DNA from: a virus
Taxonomy: Duplodnaviria > Caudoviricetes
DNA: 53,190 nt
Virus record (IMG/VR): IMGVR_UViG_3300018083_000037
Span: 1 to 53,190 of that record
Direction: 5' to 3' (one strand)
The stretch's first letter is position 1. Each line of letters starts with the position of its first letter. The position numbers and the translations under genes are program-made. This document shows positions 1 to 10,500 of the stretch, one piece after another. The notes under the pieces are model-generated. The model made no database searches. It had not been told where the DNA came from and worked only from the letters and a program-made list of their open reading frames with translations.

Positions 1-1
1 C

Positions 2-1000
2 TTCCATGAAGCGGTTATCCATCCTGCATTTGCAGACATCGTGCCCGATGGGTTTCCTTTCCGCGGGACATTGAATGAGTTCTCACTCATGGACAATGTG
101 GTGACCAAGCGGCCGATAATTGATATTCGCCGGCACCAAAACATCATGCAGCGCCGTGATGCTTCTTGTGACATCATATACAAAAAAGTATTTGGCGCCA
201 CCACACGGCAGATCAGCGTCGAAGAAATCTATGGCGCAACGGATTTTTGCCGTAATGAATTCTACCAGGGTGACCTGAAGCATTACCGGTCAAAAGATCC
301 GCTGTTTGAAAAAAATATTCTTCCTTATTTCCAGGGCGCATTGAATGTCGACATCCTGTCAAATGCATACTTCGGTGATGTGGAACGCATAGCCGTTGAC
401 GGTGACCAGTGGAGCACCAATATTTTTGATGGTGTGTTTAAGTGGATCGACACTTACATTGCCAACACATTGATTCCTGCCAGCCAAACTTTCAACATTG
501 CCGATGGTGAAGATTTTTATGATGCTGGTGGACCTGCAGCAGCTTATGCATTGTTCAAACAAATGTATGAAGCACAGCCGGTGTTGATGGAAGCATTCTC
601 CGATACTGAAAAGGCCTTTCATGTGAGCAAGCAGATTGCTTCAGCGTACGAAGATTACCTGATCGCAACTGCAGGACAGGGCAGCGGTTACATTACCGAA
701 TTAAAAACCGGTATCAAACAACTGGCTTATAAAGGCATTCCAATATTGGTGCAGGATACCTGGACACCGATCATCACACAAATTAAGGGAGCAACCGGTT
801 ATGCAGCTGTGCTGACCATCCGCGGAAACTTCGTGTTTGCAACGGATAAGATGTATGGTGAAGGTGAAAACGGCACCACAGCATTGGAAGTGTGGTATGA
901 AAAGAAAGATATGAAATGGTATTACCGTTTCTTCATCAAAGCCGGAACACAGATCGCCTTGCCGGAATTCATCGTGGTAGCAAAGAGTTCATGGGAATAA
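2..1000 (+). CDS. Putative major capsid protein (5' truncated)
   Basis: Frame is open from the window edge (FHEAVIHPAFADIVPDG...); size, position upstream of tail/portal genes and C-terminal 'YYRFFIKAGTQIALPEFIVV' resemble HK97-type capsids. Confidence 0.7.
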   Translation, partial: FHEAVIHPAFADIVPDGFPFRGTLNEFSLMDNVVTKRPIIDIRRHQNIMQRRDASCDIIYKKVFGATTRQISVEEIYGATDFCRNEFYQGDLKHYRSKDPLFEKNILPYFQGALNVDILSNAYFGDVERIAVDGDQWSTNIFDGVFKWIDTYIANTLIPASQTFNIADGEDFYDAGGPAAAYALFKQMYEAQPVLMEAFSDTEKAFHVSKQIASAYEDYLIATAGQGSGYITELKTGIKQLAYKGIPILVQDTWTPIITQIKGATGYAAVLTIRGNFVFATDKMYGEGENGTTALEVWYEKKDMKWYYRFFIKAGTQIALPEFIVVAKSSWE

Positions 1001-1063
1001 ATCCGGGATTTTTTTTGACCCGGTATGTAGTAATTTAATTATTAACGTCTTAATTCAAATATC

Positions 1064-1651
1064 ATGCTCTGTGTATCATTAAAAGCTTACAGTCGCGCCT
1101 GCGGTGGAGTATCCGGTGGTATCTCTGATCTTGGCATCTTTGATCCCAACGATATCAACTTTACCCAGGCTGCTGAAGTTGATGGAGTAGCGCAACCTTA
1201 TACGGCCCTGGCTGAAAGGGCTGGTGTTACTTCGCCTTCCATTTTCCTGGTTTCTTTCCAGGTGGATGAAGGTGAGTGGACATACACGCAGTCGGTAACA
1301 GGCTGTTCTGTAAAATATGAACATGAGTGGGTATTCCAGTTGCCGGAAAACAGCCAGGCATTGACCACATTCCAACAGGCTTTGGATGCGGCAGGTTGTT
1401 GCTGCGGTCTTGGATTGATCTTCCGTATGAACAACGGTAAGATATTCGTTGCCGGTGAAAAATACGCCAACGAAGCCTCTATCACCAAGTTCACCGTTAA
1501 ACAGGATGGTACGGAAGGTGGATCCGGTAAACTGCAGGATGATTTCAACGGCGCTAACATTCACTTCAAAGCTGCTTACAGCCGTAACCTGTATGAATTC
1601 ACAGGTACCTGGGATTCCGTAGAAGCGTTGGCTGAAGCACCTGGCTCGTAA
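1064..1651 (+). CDS. Putative major tail tube/structural protein
   Basis: 195 aa, acidic, beta-rich, directly after capsid; 'C..GGIS' start and 'GGSGKLQDDFNG' end resemble Bacteroidota phage tube proteins. Confidence 0.5.
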   Translation: MLCVSLKAYSRACGGVSGGISDLGIFDPNDINFTQAAEVDGVAQPYTALAERAGVTSPSIFLVSFQVDEGEWTYTQSVTGCSVKYEHEWVFQLPENSQALTTFQQALDAAGCCCGLGLIFRMNNGKIFVAGEKYANEASITKFTVKQDGTEGGSGKLQDDFNGANIHFKAAYSRNLYEFTGTWDSVEALAEAPGS

Positions 1652-1654
1652 TAA

Positions 1655-1897
1655 ATGGTACAAGCAACAATCAAGGAAGAATTTAAAAATAAAAGATTGG
1701 CGTTTGGGAAAAGCGCCAATCCTCTTTATAAAAGAAGTGGGATTGAAATAAATGAGCTGGCAATAATCGCCCACGAAAGCAAGGATAAAAGTTTGTTACA
1801 GTTATTTGAAACATTCCCAACACTTGCTGAATTAAAAAAAACGAAAACAGACCAGCAGTTAAAAGAGGCTGTGGGTGCTGCGGTAAAAAAAAGGTAA
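1655..1897 (+). CDS. Hypothetical protein
   Basis: 80-aa ORF tightly packed in the operon. Confidence 0.6.
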   Translation: MVQATIKEEFKNKRLAFGKSANPLYKRSGIEINELAIIAHESKDKSLLQLFETFPTLAELKKTKTDQQLKEAVGAAVKKR

Positions 1898-1920
1898 ATA
1901 AAACTTCTTAGAAAAATGCA

Positions 1921-3354
1921 ATGCAAGGAAGTAAAGCAATCAAACTTAAAGCTCAGACCGAAGCAAAGAAGCCGCGGAAATCGACTACTGTCAGCAATGT
2001 AGCGACACAGGATCCCACAAAGCCTATTCCTTTCGAGAACGGCAACACTGCTTTTTCCTATTCCAACAATACAGACTATCTCCCATTCCTTCCCGGTAAC
2101 GATACCAATAATGATAATTATGCCCAGCTTTTATTAGAAAGCCGGGTTTTGTCTGTTACGCATAATTCATGCGTGGCCACTAAAAGAGATTATTGCGCTG
2201 GCGATGGATTTGTTGATAAAGAAGACCGGGATCTTAACGATCAAATATTGGAATGGTTCGGTAATATGAACCTTGACAATGAAGATATTACCGACCTGAA
2301 TAAAAAAATATTCGAAGATTTCTTTACCTGGGGGAATGTTCCCATAGAATTAGTAAGGTTCAAATCTGGCGGCACACCAAAGCTTTTTATCTACGTGCAC
2401 AATCTTTTGGATTGGCGGCTGGAAGCTCCAGATGATGATGACCGGGTAAACGGCGCTATTCAATCCAAGCTATTCCGTAGGTGCGCCTTTCTTACTTCCG
2501 AAGACCTGAAGAAAAGCAAAAACCTGCCTTTATACTCAGCCAATAAAACGGATAAGGATAATTGGTTCCACGATACTGAAAAGGACGTATTCAGAACAGT
2601 TATCTGGTATAAGAACCGGGTAAGTGGATTTGATTATTACGGCCTGCCTTCGGCTATTGCCGCATTAATTCACCAGAATCTTGAATACAAGGGCGCCAGG
2701 TATAATATGGATAATTTCCTTAACAACCTGGTGGCAGCAACGCTACTAGTTTTAAAGGGATCCCACAGCCAACCCGAAGCCGACAGGATAGCCAGGAAGA
2801 TTATTGGTACACATACCGGCGACGGTAAGCGCGGCAGGACGGTGGTGCTGGCCAGCGAAGAAGGCATCGAGGCAAGTTCTATCCAAAAGATGGAAACGAA
2901 AACGGATGGCAGTTTCACATTGGCAGATGAAAAGTGGAGTCAGAAAATCATCATGGCAAATCAATGGGATGCTATTCTTGCCGGTATTGTTTCTCCTTCC
3001 ACATTAGGAAAAGGTTCCGGCTTTCTTACTAAAATCATAGAGCAAAAAATGATCAGCGTTATCAGGCCTGCGCAGCGGGACCTGATGGATAAGGTATGGC
3101 GGCACATTTTCAAAATAGCCGATCAATGGCTGGGCCTTGGGCTGGATCAGTACGACCTGGAAATAAATAACCCGGTTGATATTTCAGGCTTAACAGATGT
3201 TGATATCACTCCTGCAGTAACTATTAATGAAGTCAGGAAGGCAAAGGGATTACCTGAAGATCCAAAGATGGAAGGGGTTTATATGAAGGCCACCGGAACG
3301 ATCACAGAACCAGCCAAAGAAAAAGAAGAAGAAGGAGGTAAAGAAGATGTATAG
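1921..3354 (+). CDS. Portal protein
   Basis: 477 aa; 'DFFTWGNVPIELV', 'YYGLPS', 'TINEVRKAKGLPE' are typical portal motifs. Confidence 0.85.
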   Translation: MQGSKAIKLKAQTEAKKPRKSTTVSNVATQDPTKPIPFENGNTAFSYSNNTDYLPFLPGNDTNNDNYAQLLLESRVLSVTHNSCVATKRDYCAGDGFVDKEDRDLNDQILEWFGNMNLDNEDITDLNKKIFEDFFTWGNVPIELVRFKSGGTPKLFIYVHNLLDWRLEAPDDDDRVNGAIQSKLFRRCAFLTSEDLKKSKNLPLYSANKTDKDNWFHDTEKDVFRTVIWYKNRVSGFDYYGLPSAIAALIHQNLEYKGARYNMDNFLNNLVAATLLVLKGSHSQPEADRIARKIIGTHTGDGKRGRTVVLASEEGIEASSIQKMETKTDGSFTLADEKWSQKIIMANQWDAILAGIVSPSTLGKGSGFLTKIIEQKMISVIRPAQRDLMDKVWRHIFKIADQWLGLGLDQYDLEINNPVDISGLTDVDITPAVTINEVRKAKGLPEDPKMEGVYMKATGTITEPAKEKEEEGGKEDV

Positions 3355-4057
3355 AGTAAACCCATTGATGCGCAATGTGCTGATCACAACGGATGAAGTA
3401 ATATTCCATGCGCCTACTGCTCACACATTCGATCCGCGAATGATTGAGCATTCAATCATTATAGCAGAAGAAAGGTTTATCCGGCCGGCGTTGGGATTTG
3501 ATTTCTATGAAGCATTAAAGACTGAAAAGAATTTAACAATCACTTCCGGAAACCAGGCTGCACAGCAAGCTTTGCTGGAGTCCAGCATGGGCACACAGCC
3601 GGAAGGTGTTGATTTCCCAACGTTGGTGGCCGATGATATCGTTAATGCTTTTGAATATCTAAGTACGGCCAATAAACTGCTTTGGAAGGAAGTCCTGTGG
3701 AAGTTCACAGCCGAAGCAGTATTACTGGTGGCGTATCCAGAAAGTTTTATCCAGGTAGAAAGTTCAGGTTTAGTGCATAATCAACCGGCATCCGGTCCAA
3801 TGAATACTTCTGGAGTTGTCACACCTGAATTGCGATCCGTTAAGTGGGCTATGGATCAAAAGCTAATGAGCCGCATCGAGCCATTGCGTGAATCGCTTCA
3901 TTTATGGTTGTGTAAAAAACAGGCAGAAGATGCAGATGCTTATCCGGATTACGAAAAGGATTGCGCCTGTGATGAAAATGGCGTGGCTTATAAAAGAAAA
4001 TCAGATTTTATTCTTGGAATATATGATGATGAAGATGATACAAACTGCTGCCCGTGA
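3347..4057 (+). CDS. Putative head-tail adaptor (DUF6712-like)
   Basis: Follows portal; 'IIIAEERFIRPALGFDFYEAL' helical motif. Confidence 0.55.
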   Translation: MYRVNPLMRNVLITTDEVIFHAPTAHTFDPRMIEHSIIIAEERFIRPALGFDFYEALKTEKNLTITSGNQAAQQALLESSMGTQPEGVDFPTLVADDIVNAFEYLSTANKLLWKEVLWKFTAEAVLLVAYPESFIQVESSGLVHNQPASGPMNTSGVVTPELRSVKWAMDQKLMSRIEPLRESLHLWLCKKQAEDADAYPDYEKDCACDENGVAYKRKSDFILGIYDDEDDTNCCP

Positions 4058-4308
4058 AACCAGGACACATTATAAAAGGATGGCTCAAAGGATTTGGAAT
4101 TATTTCATCAACAACGGCAGAAAAAAAACTATCTGCCCTGCGGCTGGAAATATGCGGAAAATGCGAGTTCGCAAAAACATCATCTATGCTGGAAGTAGTG
4201 AACGGTGACCTGATGTGGGAAATGAGATTACAGTGTACAAAATGCCATTGCCCATGTTTACAAAAATCATTGGTAACAGATGAAAAGTGTCCGATTAACA
4301 ACTGGTAG
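4054..4308 (+). CDS. Small Cys-rich Zn-binding protein (DUF6171-like)
   Basis: RLEICxxC...CxxCxC..K...CP..W pattern. Confidence 0.6.
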   Translation: MKPGHIIKGWLKGFGIISSTTAEKKLSALRLEICGKCEFAKTSSMLEVVNGDLMWEMRLQCTKCHCPCLQKSLVTDEKCPINNW

Positions 4309-4319
4309 TATATGTATGT

Positions 4320-4664
4320 ATGCCTGATTATTATTCTCAATACTGTGTTTGTGATGAAGAACCGGTTTCGCTTTGTATGGCAAATTTGGCGGGAGTGCCG
4401 ACGACTTCCTATCCGGTGGATGTTTTCAACGTAGACCTGCAAATTATTGGAACAGCAGATGATCAGGATGAATATTTAAGCATTTGGAATGGAGATCCGG
4501 CAAACCAGGCAGTAGGACAATTAGTGGCATCAATAGGACCGAACTGCTTTAAGTTATTTCCCAATGCCGGTCAAACGGCACCAGATTATGTGATTGGGGT
4601 TCCATTGGCAGGCAGGCCACAGCTGGGGATATATGAGATAGCGTACGAAGACGAATACGAATAA
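4320..4664 (+). CDS. Hypothetical acidic protein (structural module)
   Basis: 114-aa ORF in operon. Confidence 0.55.
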   Translation: MPDYYSQYCVCDEEPVSLCMANLAGVPTTSYPVDVFNVDLQIIGTADDQDEYLSIWNGDPANQAVGQLVASIGPNCFKLFPNAGQTAPDYVIGVPLAGRPQLGIYEIAYEDEYE

Positions 4665-4667
4665 AGA

Positions 4668-5273
4668 ATGGCAACAATACTTTCTATAAAGACCACGGTT
4701 AATGATCAGATCCGCACTATTGTAACAGCAGGCGGGATACTGAAGACAAACCATGCCAATATTGAAGATGCCATATTAAATGAAGTGCGCGATCGCGGTG
4801 CACTACCATCAGCCACAACGGGAGCCTTGGCAGCCATTTCAGCCTTGGCAGATAGCAGGTGGGCGGTAGTAAAGAATGTTGGTGTTTTCCGAGCATTGGA
4901 AACAGGAGCATCGCCAAACGGGACTACAACATTTGCCAGTGCAGACAGTGGTTGGCTTTGGGAATTATATTTTTCTTCTGCGATTGCCGAGAATGTTCCT
5001 GATTCTGAAGATACAGATCAGGATTTAGATTATGTACTCGACGAAGGACTTTCCATTTGGAAAGTAAAAGTGAAACCAGAAGGAACTTATAATCTAAAAA
5101 TAGGAACCACAGATGGCGGAGAAGAATTAGCATCAGCCACACCACTTACAGCCAATGAATGGAACACCTTCAATTTTGATGTGGATGCATTTGGGGGTGA
5201 CAAGACAATATACTTCACTGGTGTAACCGAGCAAACAACATTTGCTATTTACAGAGTTCAATTACCATTATAA
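4668..5273 (+). CDS. Hypothetical structural protein with C-terminal beta-sandwich
   Basis: 201 aa; stop overlaps next start (TAATG). Confidence 0.55.
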   Translation: MATILSIKTTVNDQIRTIVTAGGILKTNHANIEDAILNEVRDRGALPSATTGALAAISALADSRWAVVKNVGVFRALETGASPNGTTTFASADSGWLWELYFSSAIAENVPDSEDTDQDLDYVLDEGLSIWKVKVKPEGTYNLKIGTTDGGEELASATPLTANEWNTFNFDVDAFGGDKTIYFTGVTEQTTFAIYRVQLPL

Positions 5274-7207
5274 TGAAAAAGATATTATTAATACTGACCG
5301 TTTTGTTTTGCTCGGCAGCATCTTTTGCCCAGCAAACATCCGTGGTGGCAAAAAGAGTAGAGGCGAAAGATTCGGTAAAAATCAATGACCGGTGGGTGAA
5401 GCTGGTTAATAACGACACCACGCCACTGGATGCGCAGACGCGGGATATAATGACCTCTAATGCTATCTATGATTTTGTTACCGGCAGAACGATAGAATTA
5501 TGGTTGGGTTTGGCAGATACTGCAGCCAATTTGCGCCTTTTGCAAGGGACACCTACCTGTGAAAATAAATTATTGACCGAATGGAATGTCAGCTGGCAGG
5601 GAGCTGGCTATAATTATAGCGTTCATGGAGGGCTCTCTGATGGCACAGGTAGATATCAGTTATTATGCGTTCAATATACGGCAGACAGCGCCACAGTAAC
5701 ATTTGATTCTTCAGACGCCGATCAGGACCGGATTGACATCATTTACCTGGATGCCACAGGAGTCCACACAAGAGAGGGGGAGTTATCTGCTCCAGGAACA
5801 GCGGTCCGGCCTACTGTGGACGTTGATGAAATTCTATTAACTGAAGTTTTGATTGCTGCAGGATCTAATGAGCCGCCACTTACTACGTTACTAGTTTATG
5901 ATGATAATTTAGGAGAATCAACGGTTACCAATACGGGAACAACCACAAACCCGGATAATACCACTAATACATTCATTGGCACAAAATCATTGAACGTTAC
6001 TAATATAACTCACAATGATCAGATTTTTATTACCAAACTTCCCGGGTTAAGCACCTGGAATGTCTTAGGATTTGATGCCCTTACTCTTGCTATTCGATTA
6101 AAGGCAAATATGCCCACAAATGCAAATTTGGGTGTGGCCTTACAGGTCGGAACCACCACAGTAGGAACCGAAGTAATAGTTCCCTTGGTTAAAACAAATT
6201 CAACCTCTTACCAGCAGATATCCATTCCACTTTCGGCGTTCGGTAATATGGCAAATACCAGCATTACGCGGGTAAGATTCAGGTACATAAGAACGGCCAG
6301 CGGTGCGAATTATACAGGCTTTTATTTAGACTATATAAATTTCGTTGATGGCATAGTAGGTGGCCCGGGTGGACCCACTGCTACGTTCACATTAAATCCG
6401 ATGGTAGGATTTACTTCCACACCGACAGCTACACAACAATCGCCAGGAACGTGGACGTTGACGCCTACAGGGTACAGTTCGTTGGATAATTTTTTAAGTC
6501 CTGATGGATGGCAAAACCTACCACAGATATTATCTGCTATTGGGACCCTGGATGGAAGAGCAAAAACAGCCGATGGAGCAGAAGTTGATGAAGAAGAAAT
6601 TTTCTTGCAAACAGTTGATGATACTTATCCCGGTCTTATGACACCGGCCATGTTTTCAAAACTGGATAGCAATTATTACATCACCAACCTGGACGTATAT
6701 CCAAATTCTGATTCATTGGTAAGGCCAGTGTCAGCAAATATCACAGGAGTAAAAGGCTTAAAAGATAGTACCGGGATCGGATTTGCAGTGTATGATGATT
6801 ACATCGCCATTTATGCAACAGGCGGTGGTGGAGGTGGAAGATTTGGGTTTGCCGGTGAAGACGTTACAAGTGGCGGGGCTGACAGGGATTTTGATTTCGA
6901 AGATGATAATTTCTTAATACATGGAGATGGAGCGGGTAGAGATTTTGTAATCCAACAAGATGAGGCAGCAGGTGGGTTTACGGCACAACTTAGAGTCTAT
7001 TCTCAGGAGGCATCACTTCTACAAACTGATTTAGGAGATCAAACAAAAATAGCAGTTGGTGTTGCTGGAGTTGTATTATCGAGTTGGCAGGGTCTATACA
7101 GGATTGAAAACATTACAGAATACACAGATAATGCTGATGCTATTTCTGGCGGTAAAACAACCGGGAATTTATATCGTACAGGTGACATTTTAAAAATAGT
7201 TCATTAA
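5273..7207 (+). CDS. Signal-peptide-bearing tail-fibre-like protein with carbohydrate-binding-like domain
   Basis: MKKILLILTVLFCSAASFA|Q signal; 'DRIDIIYLD', 'GLMTPAMFSKLD' fibre-type motifs; galactose-binding-like segment 'YQQISIPLSAF...FYLDYINF'. Confidence 0.55.
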   Translation: MKKILLILTVLFCSAASFAQQTSVVAKRVEAKDSVKINDRWVKLVNNDTTPLDAQTRDIMTSNAIYDFVTGRTIELWLGLADTAANLRLLQGTPTCENKLLTEWNVSWQGAGYNYSVHGGLSDGTGRYQLLCVQYTADSATVTFDSSDADQDRIDIIYLDATGVHTREGELSAPGTAVRPTVDVDEILLTEVLIAAGSNEPPLTTLLVYDDNLGESTVTNTGTTTNPDNTTNTFIGTKSLNVTNITHNDQIFITKLPGLSTWNVLGFDALTLAIRLKANMPTNANLGVALQVGTTTVGTEVIVPLVKTNSTSYQQISIPLSAFGNMANTSITRVRFRYIRTASGANYTGFYLDYINFVDGIVGGPGGPTATFTLNPMVGFTSTPTATQQSPGTWTLTPTGYSSLDNFLSPDGWQNLPQILSAIGTLDGRAKTADGAEVDEEEIFLQTVDDTYPGLMTPAMFSKLDSNYYITNLDVYPNSDSLVRPVSANITGVKGLKDSTGIGFAVYDDYIAIYATGGGGGGRFGFAGEDVTSGGADRDFDFEDDNFLIHGDGAGRDFVIQQDEAAGGFTAQLRVYSQEASLLQTDLGDQTKIAVGVAGVVLSSWQGLYRIENITEYTDNADAISGGKTTGNLYRTGDILKIVH

Positions 7208-7230
7208 CTATCAATCAAACAACTACTAAT

Positions 7231-7479
7231 ATGAAAGCAATCCTGATTTCCGTACTTCTTTTTTTCTCAATAATATCATTTGGACAACAAGCAAAGAAGG
7301 ACAGCACAACCATTCCTGTTCTTTCCATGCAGGACATGAAGCAAATAACAGATGCATTGCAATACTTGCCGGCAAAGGAATGGCTGAAAGTGATAAAGAT
7401 TATTGACCAGGTTTATTATATGAAGTTGAAACAAATGATAAAGGATCAGCCAAAGAAGGATTCGACTTCCGGTAAATAA
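7231..7479 (+). CDS. Small exported protein
   Basis: MKAILISVLLFFSIISFG|Q signal peptide. Confidence 0.6.
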   Translation: MKAILISVLLFFSIISFGQQAKKDSTTIPVLSMQDMKQITDALQYLPAKEWLKVIKIIDQVYYMKLKQMIKDQPKKDSTSGK

Positions 7480-7516
7480 ATAAAGGCTTTCCCGGATAAA
7501 TACCTGGCAGCCATTT

Positions 7517-10500
7517 ATGAAAGCACTACGTACGATATTAATATGGGCATTGTGTGCCTGCTTTGTTACAAATGTATCATCGCAGGTAAACTTTTCTTTT
7601 ACGCCTATTCCTTTAACGACTGATTTTCGCAGACCAGATTGCGGCGGAACTCTTTGGAATGGCCAGGATGCGCCATTTGGCACCATGCATATTCCTGTTT
7701 CAGGATCTCCCGTAGAGCCGATGGACGGTTATCACCGTTTTGGTATGACTGAATTTTTCGCCAATAGCGGGGCTGCTGATAGTACAATAATTTTTACAAG
7801 GTTTGACGCCTTTATGAATTATTGTATAGACCGCAGGCAGGGAGCCAGGTTTAGGGTAATGGGTCTTTGCAATAATTGCGGCAATCCTCCAAACGACAAT
7901 TTTAATCAACTTGTCAATTATGGAGGGGGATGGAATGTAATACCTCAGTTCTTACATAATCTTCAGCAGGCTGAACCTAACGCAGCTGACCGGGATTGGT
8001 TTAGCACTCAGGGCGATCAGGATCAATGGGTGGCAAATACAAATTCATGGGCATTCCAAAGATGGGTAGGAAAACTTTCTTTAGCTATAAAGAATCATAT
8101 TAATGCTACTTCACATAATGGAGTGAATTACGGAGATGTGTTAAAGATTTACGATTTAGGTTATTACGGATGCTATTCTGAGCAGCATAGCAATTGTATA
8201 TGCAATACGATTTCGGACGGAACTATTCCAGTAGGTGCAAGACATACAGATGCGGGACTTCAGGCTATAGTTAATCAGCAAACAAATGCATTTGGAGGAG
8301 ATCAGCGGTGGAAAATAGTTATTCCGTTTAATGCATTTGACGCAATGTGGTTATCCCACACTTTCAACACGGTAGTTTACGGAAACTTTTTACTAAATCA
8401 TCCTGATAGTATCGGTTGGATTAATGATCATATCGGAGCGGATGAATCTTACGATCATTCTTATTTAGAAAATAATAATAGGATCAATAATGCCAAGTTG
8501 ATGAATCGTTGGAGGTTTACTCCCATTGGCGGAGAGCCAGTCGAGTGGGGAAGCCCTTCCGGAAGAGCCGCTGTTCCGGATTATGTTTCCAGGTATCACA
8601 TGAGTTTCTTTGGTAACGGAAACCTTAACGGTGTATTTACAAATGCCAATACTACCGAAGCAAACAATTTCCGATTAGCATCGAGGCTGGCTGGCTATAG
8701 GCTGAGATTAACAGGCGGAAGTGCTAACGCTGGTGCATCCTTAACTATAAATTTAAACTGGCTGAATGAAGGTGGCGCACCGCCATATTATAATTGGACT
8801 GTTCAGTACTTGCTGAAGAATGGAGGCGGCACTGTAGTATCAATACTTACAAGTTCGTTTAATCCGCGATATTTTCAGCCATCCGGATCACCGATAACAA
8901 AGACGGATGTATTTGGCATTCCTGCAATACCGGTAGGCACTTATGGTCTGTACGTTATTGTTAAAGACCCGTTGAATTTCAGGCTTCCAATGCCATTAGC
9001 AATTACGCCTCAACAAGGAGATGGAAGTTACTTTTTGGGTAATCTTACCCTTGGTGGCGGCACGAACACACCTCCTATTGCTAATGCTGGTCCTAATCAA
9101 AGCATCACAGGAACTTCAGCTTCATTGACAGGATCATCTTCATCCGATCCAGATGGAACGATATCAACCTATGCGTGGAGCCAGGTAGGGAGCACTCCGA
9201 ATACAGCATCTATTGTTTCGGCATCAAGTGTAAATACGAGTGTCACAGGTTTGGTTGGTGGCGTATATACATTTAATCTCACCGTCACAGATAACAGCGG
9301 GGCAACAGCGAGCGACCAGGTACAGATCACCGTTAATGGGAATTTAGCACCTAATGCAAATGCAGGTCCTAACCAGGTTATTACACTTCCAACGTCACAG
9401 GTAACATTAAATGGAAGCGGAAGTTCAGATGATGTCGGTATCGTCACTTATGCGTGGACTCAACAATCTGGTCCAAATGTCGCCAATAGACAAACACCTG
9501 CGGCGGTAAGCACGATTGTCAGCAGTTTAATTGCCGGTACTTATACATTCCGTTTAACAGTGACAGACGGATCGGGTCTTACCGCTTTTGATGATGTTCA
9601 GGTAACTGTTGGTACAGGCAACACCGCACCAATCGCAAATGCAGGTCCGAATCAAACTATTACTTCACCAAGTAATTCTGTTTTTGTTAATGGAGCTGGC
9701 AGTACAGATCCAGGTGGTGCCGTCACAGCTTATCTATGGACTCAGGTGGGTGGGCCGGTTACGGGAACAATAAGCACTCCAACAAATGTTTCAACTGCAA
9801 TTTTTGATTTAGATGCTGTTGGTGTCTACGTTTTCAGACTAAGAGTTGAAGATGCAGGTGGGTTATTTAGTGTAGATGATATACAAATAACAGTTGATCC
9901 AGCTCCCCCAACTATCCCCATTGCAAATGCCGGACCAAATCAAACGATTACTTTACCAACAAGTTCTGTAACGGTTAATAGTTCTGCCTCCACTGATGAT
10001 GTTGCTATTACATCAAGGGTATGGAGTAAAACAAGCGGGCCATCGTCCTTCAGCATTACTTCGCCTACTTCAATAAGTACAACAATAACCCTTTTGGTTG
10101 CCGGAGTTTATACATTCCGTATTACTGTTTTTGATGGTAGTTCAAATTCGGATTTTGATGAAGTTACCGTCACCGTACTTGCTGCGGCCAATGCAGCACC
10201 CATTGCGGTGGCAACTGCGAGTCCGCAAACTATGACGCTGCCAACAAACAGCACAACATTGAACAGTACCGGAAGTTCCGATGATGTATCTATTACTGCA
10301 TATTTATGGACTAAAGTTTCTGGTCCAACTGGAGGAGCTATTGCAACACCTACATCGTCGAGCACCGCAATCAGTTCACTTCAGGCCGGAACATATGTTT
10401 TTAGATTACGGGTAACCGATTCACAGGGTTTATTTGACACCGACGATATTACAATCACCGTGAATCCTGCGGCGAATGCTGCACCTGTTGCGGTGATTAC

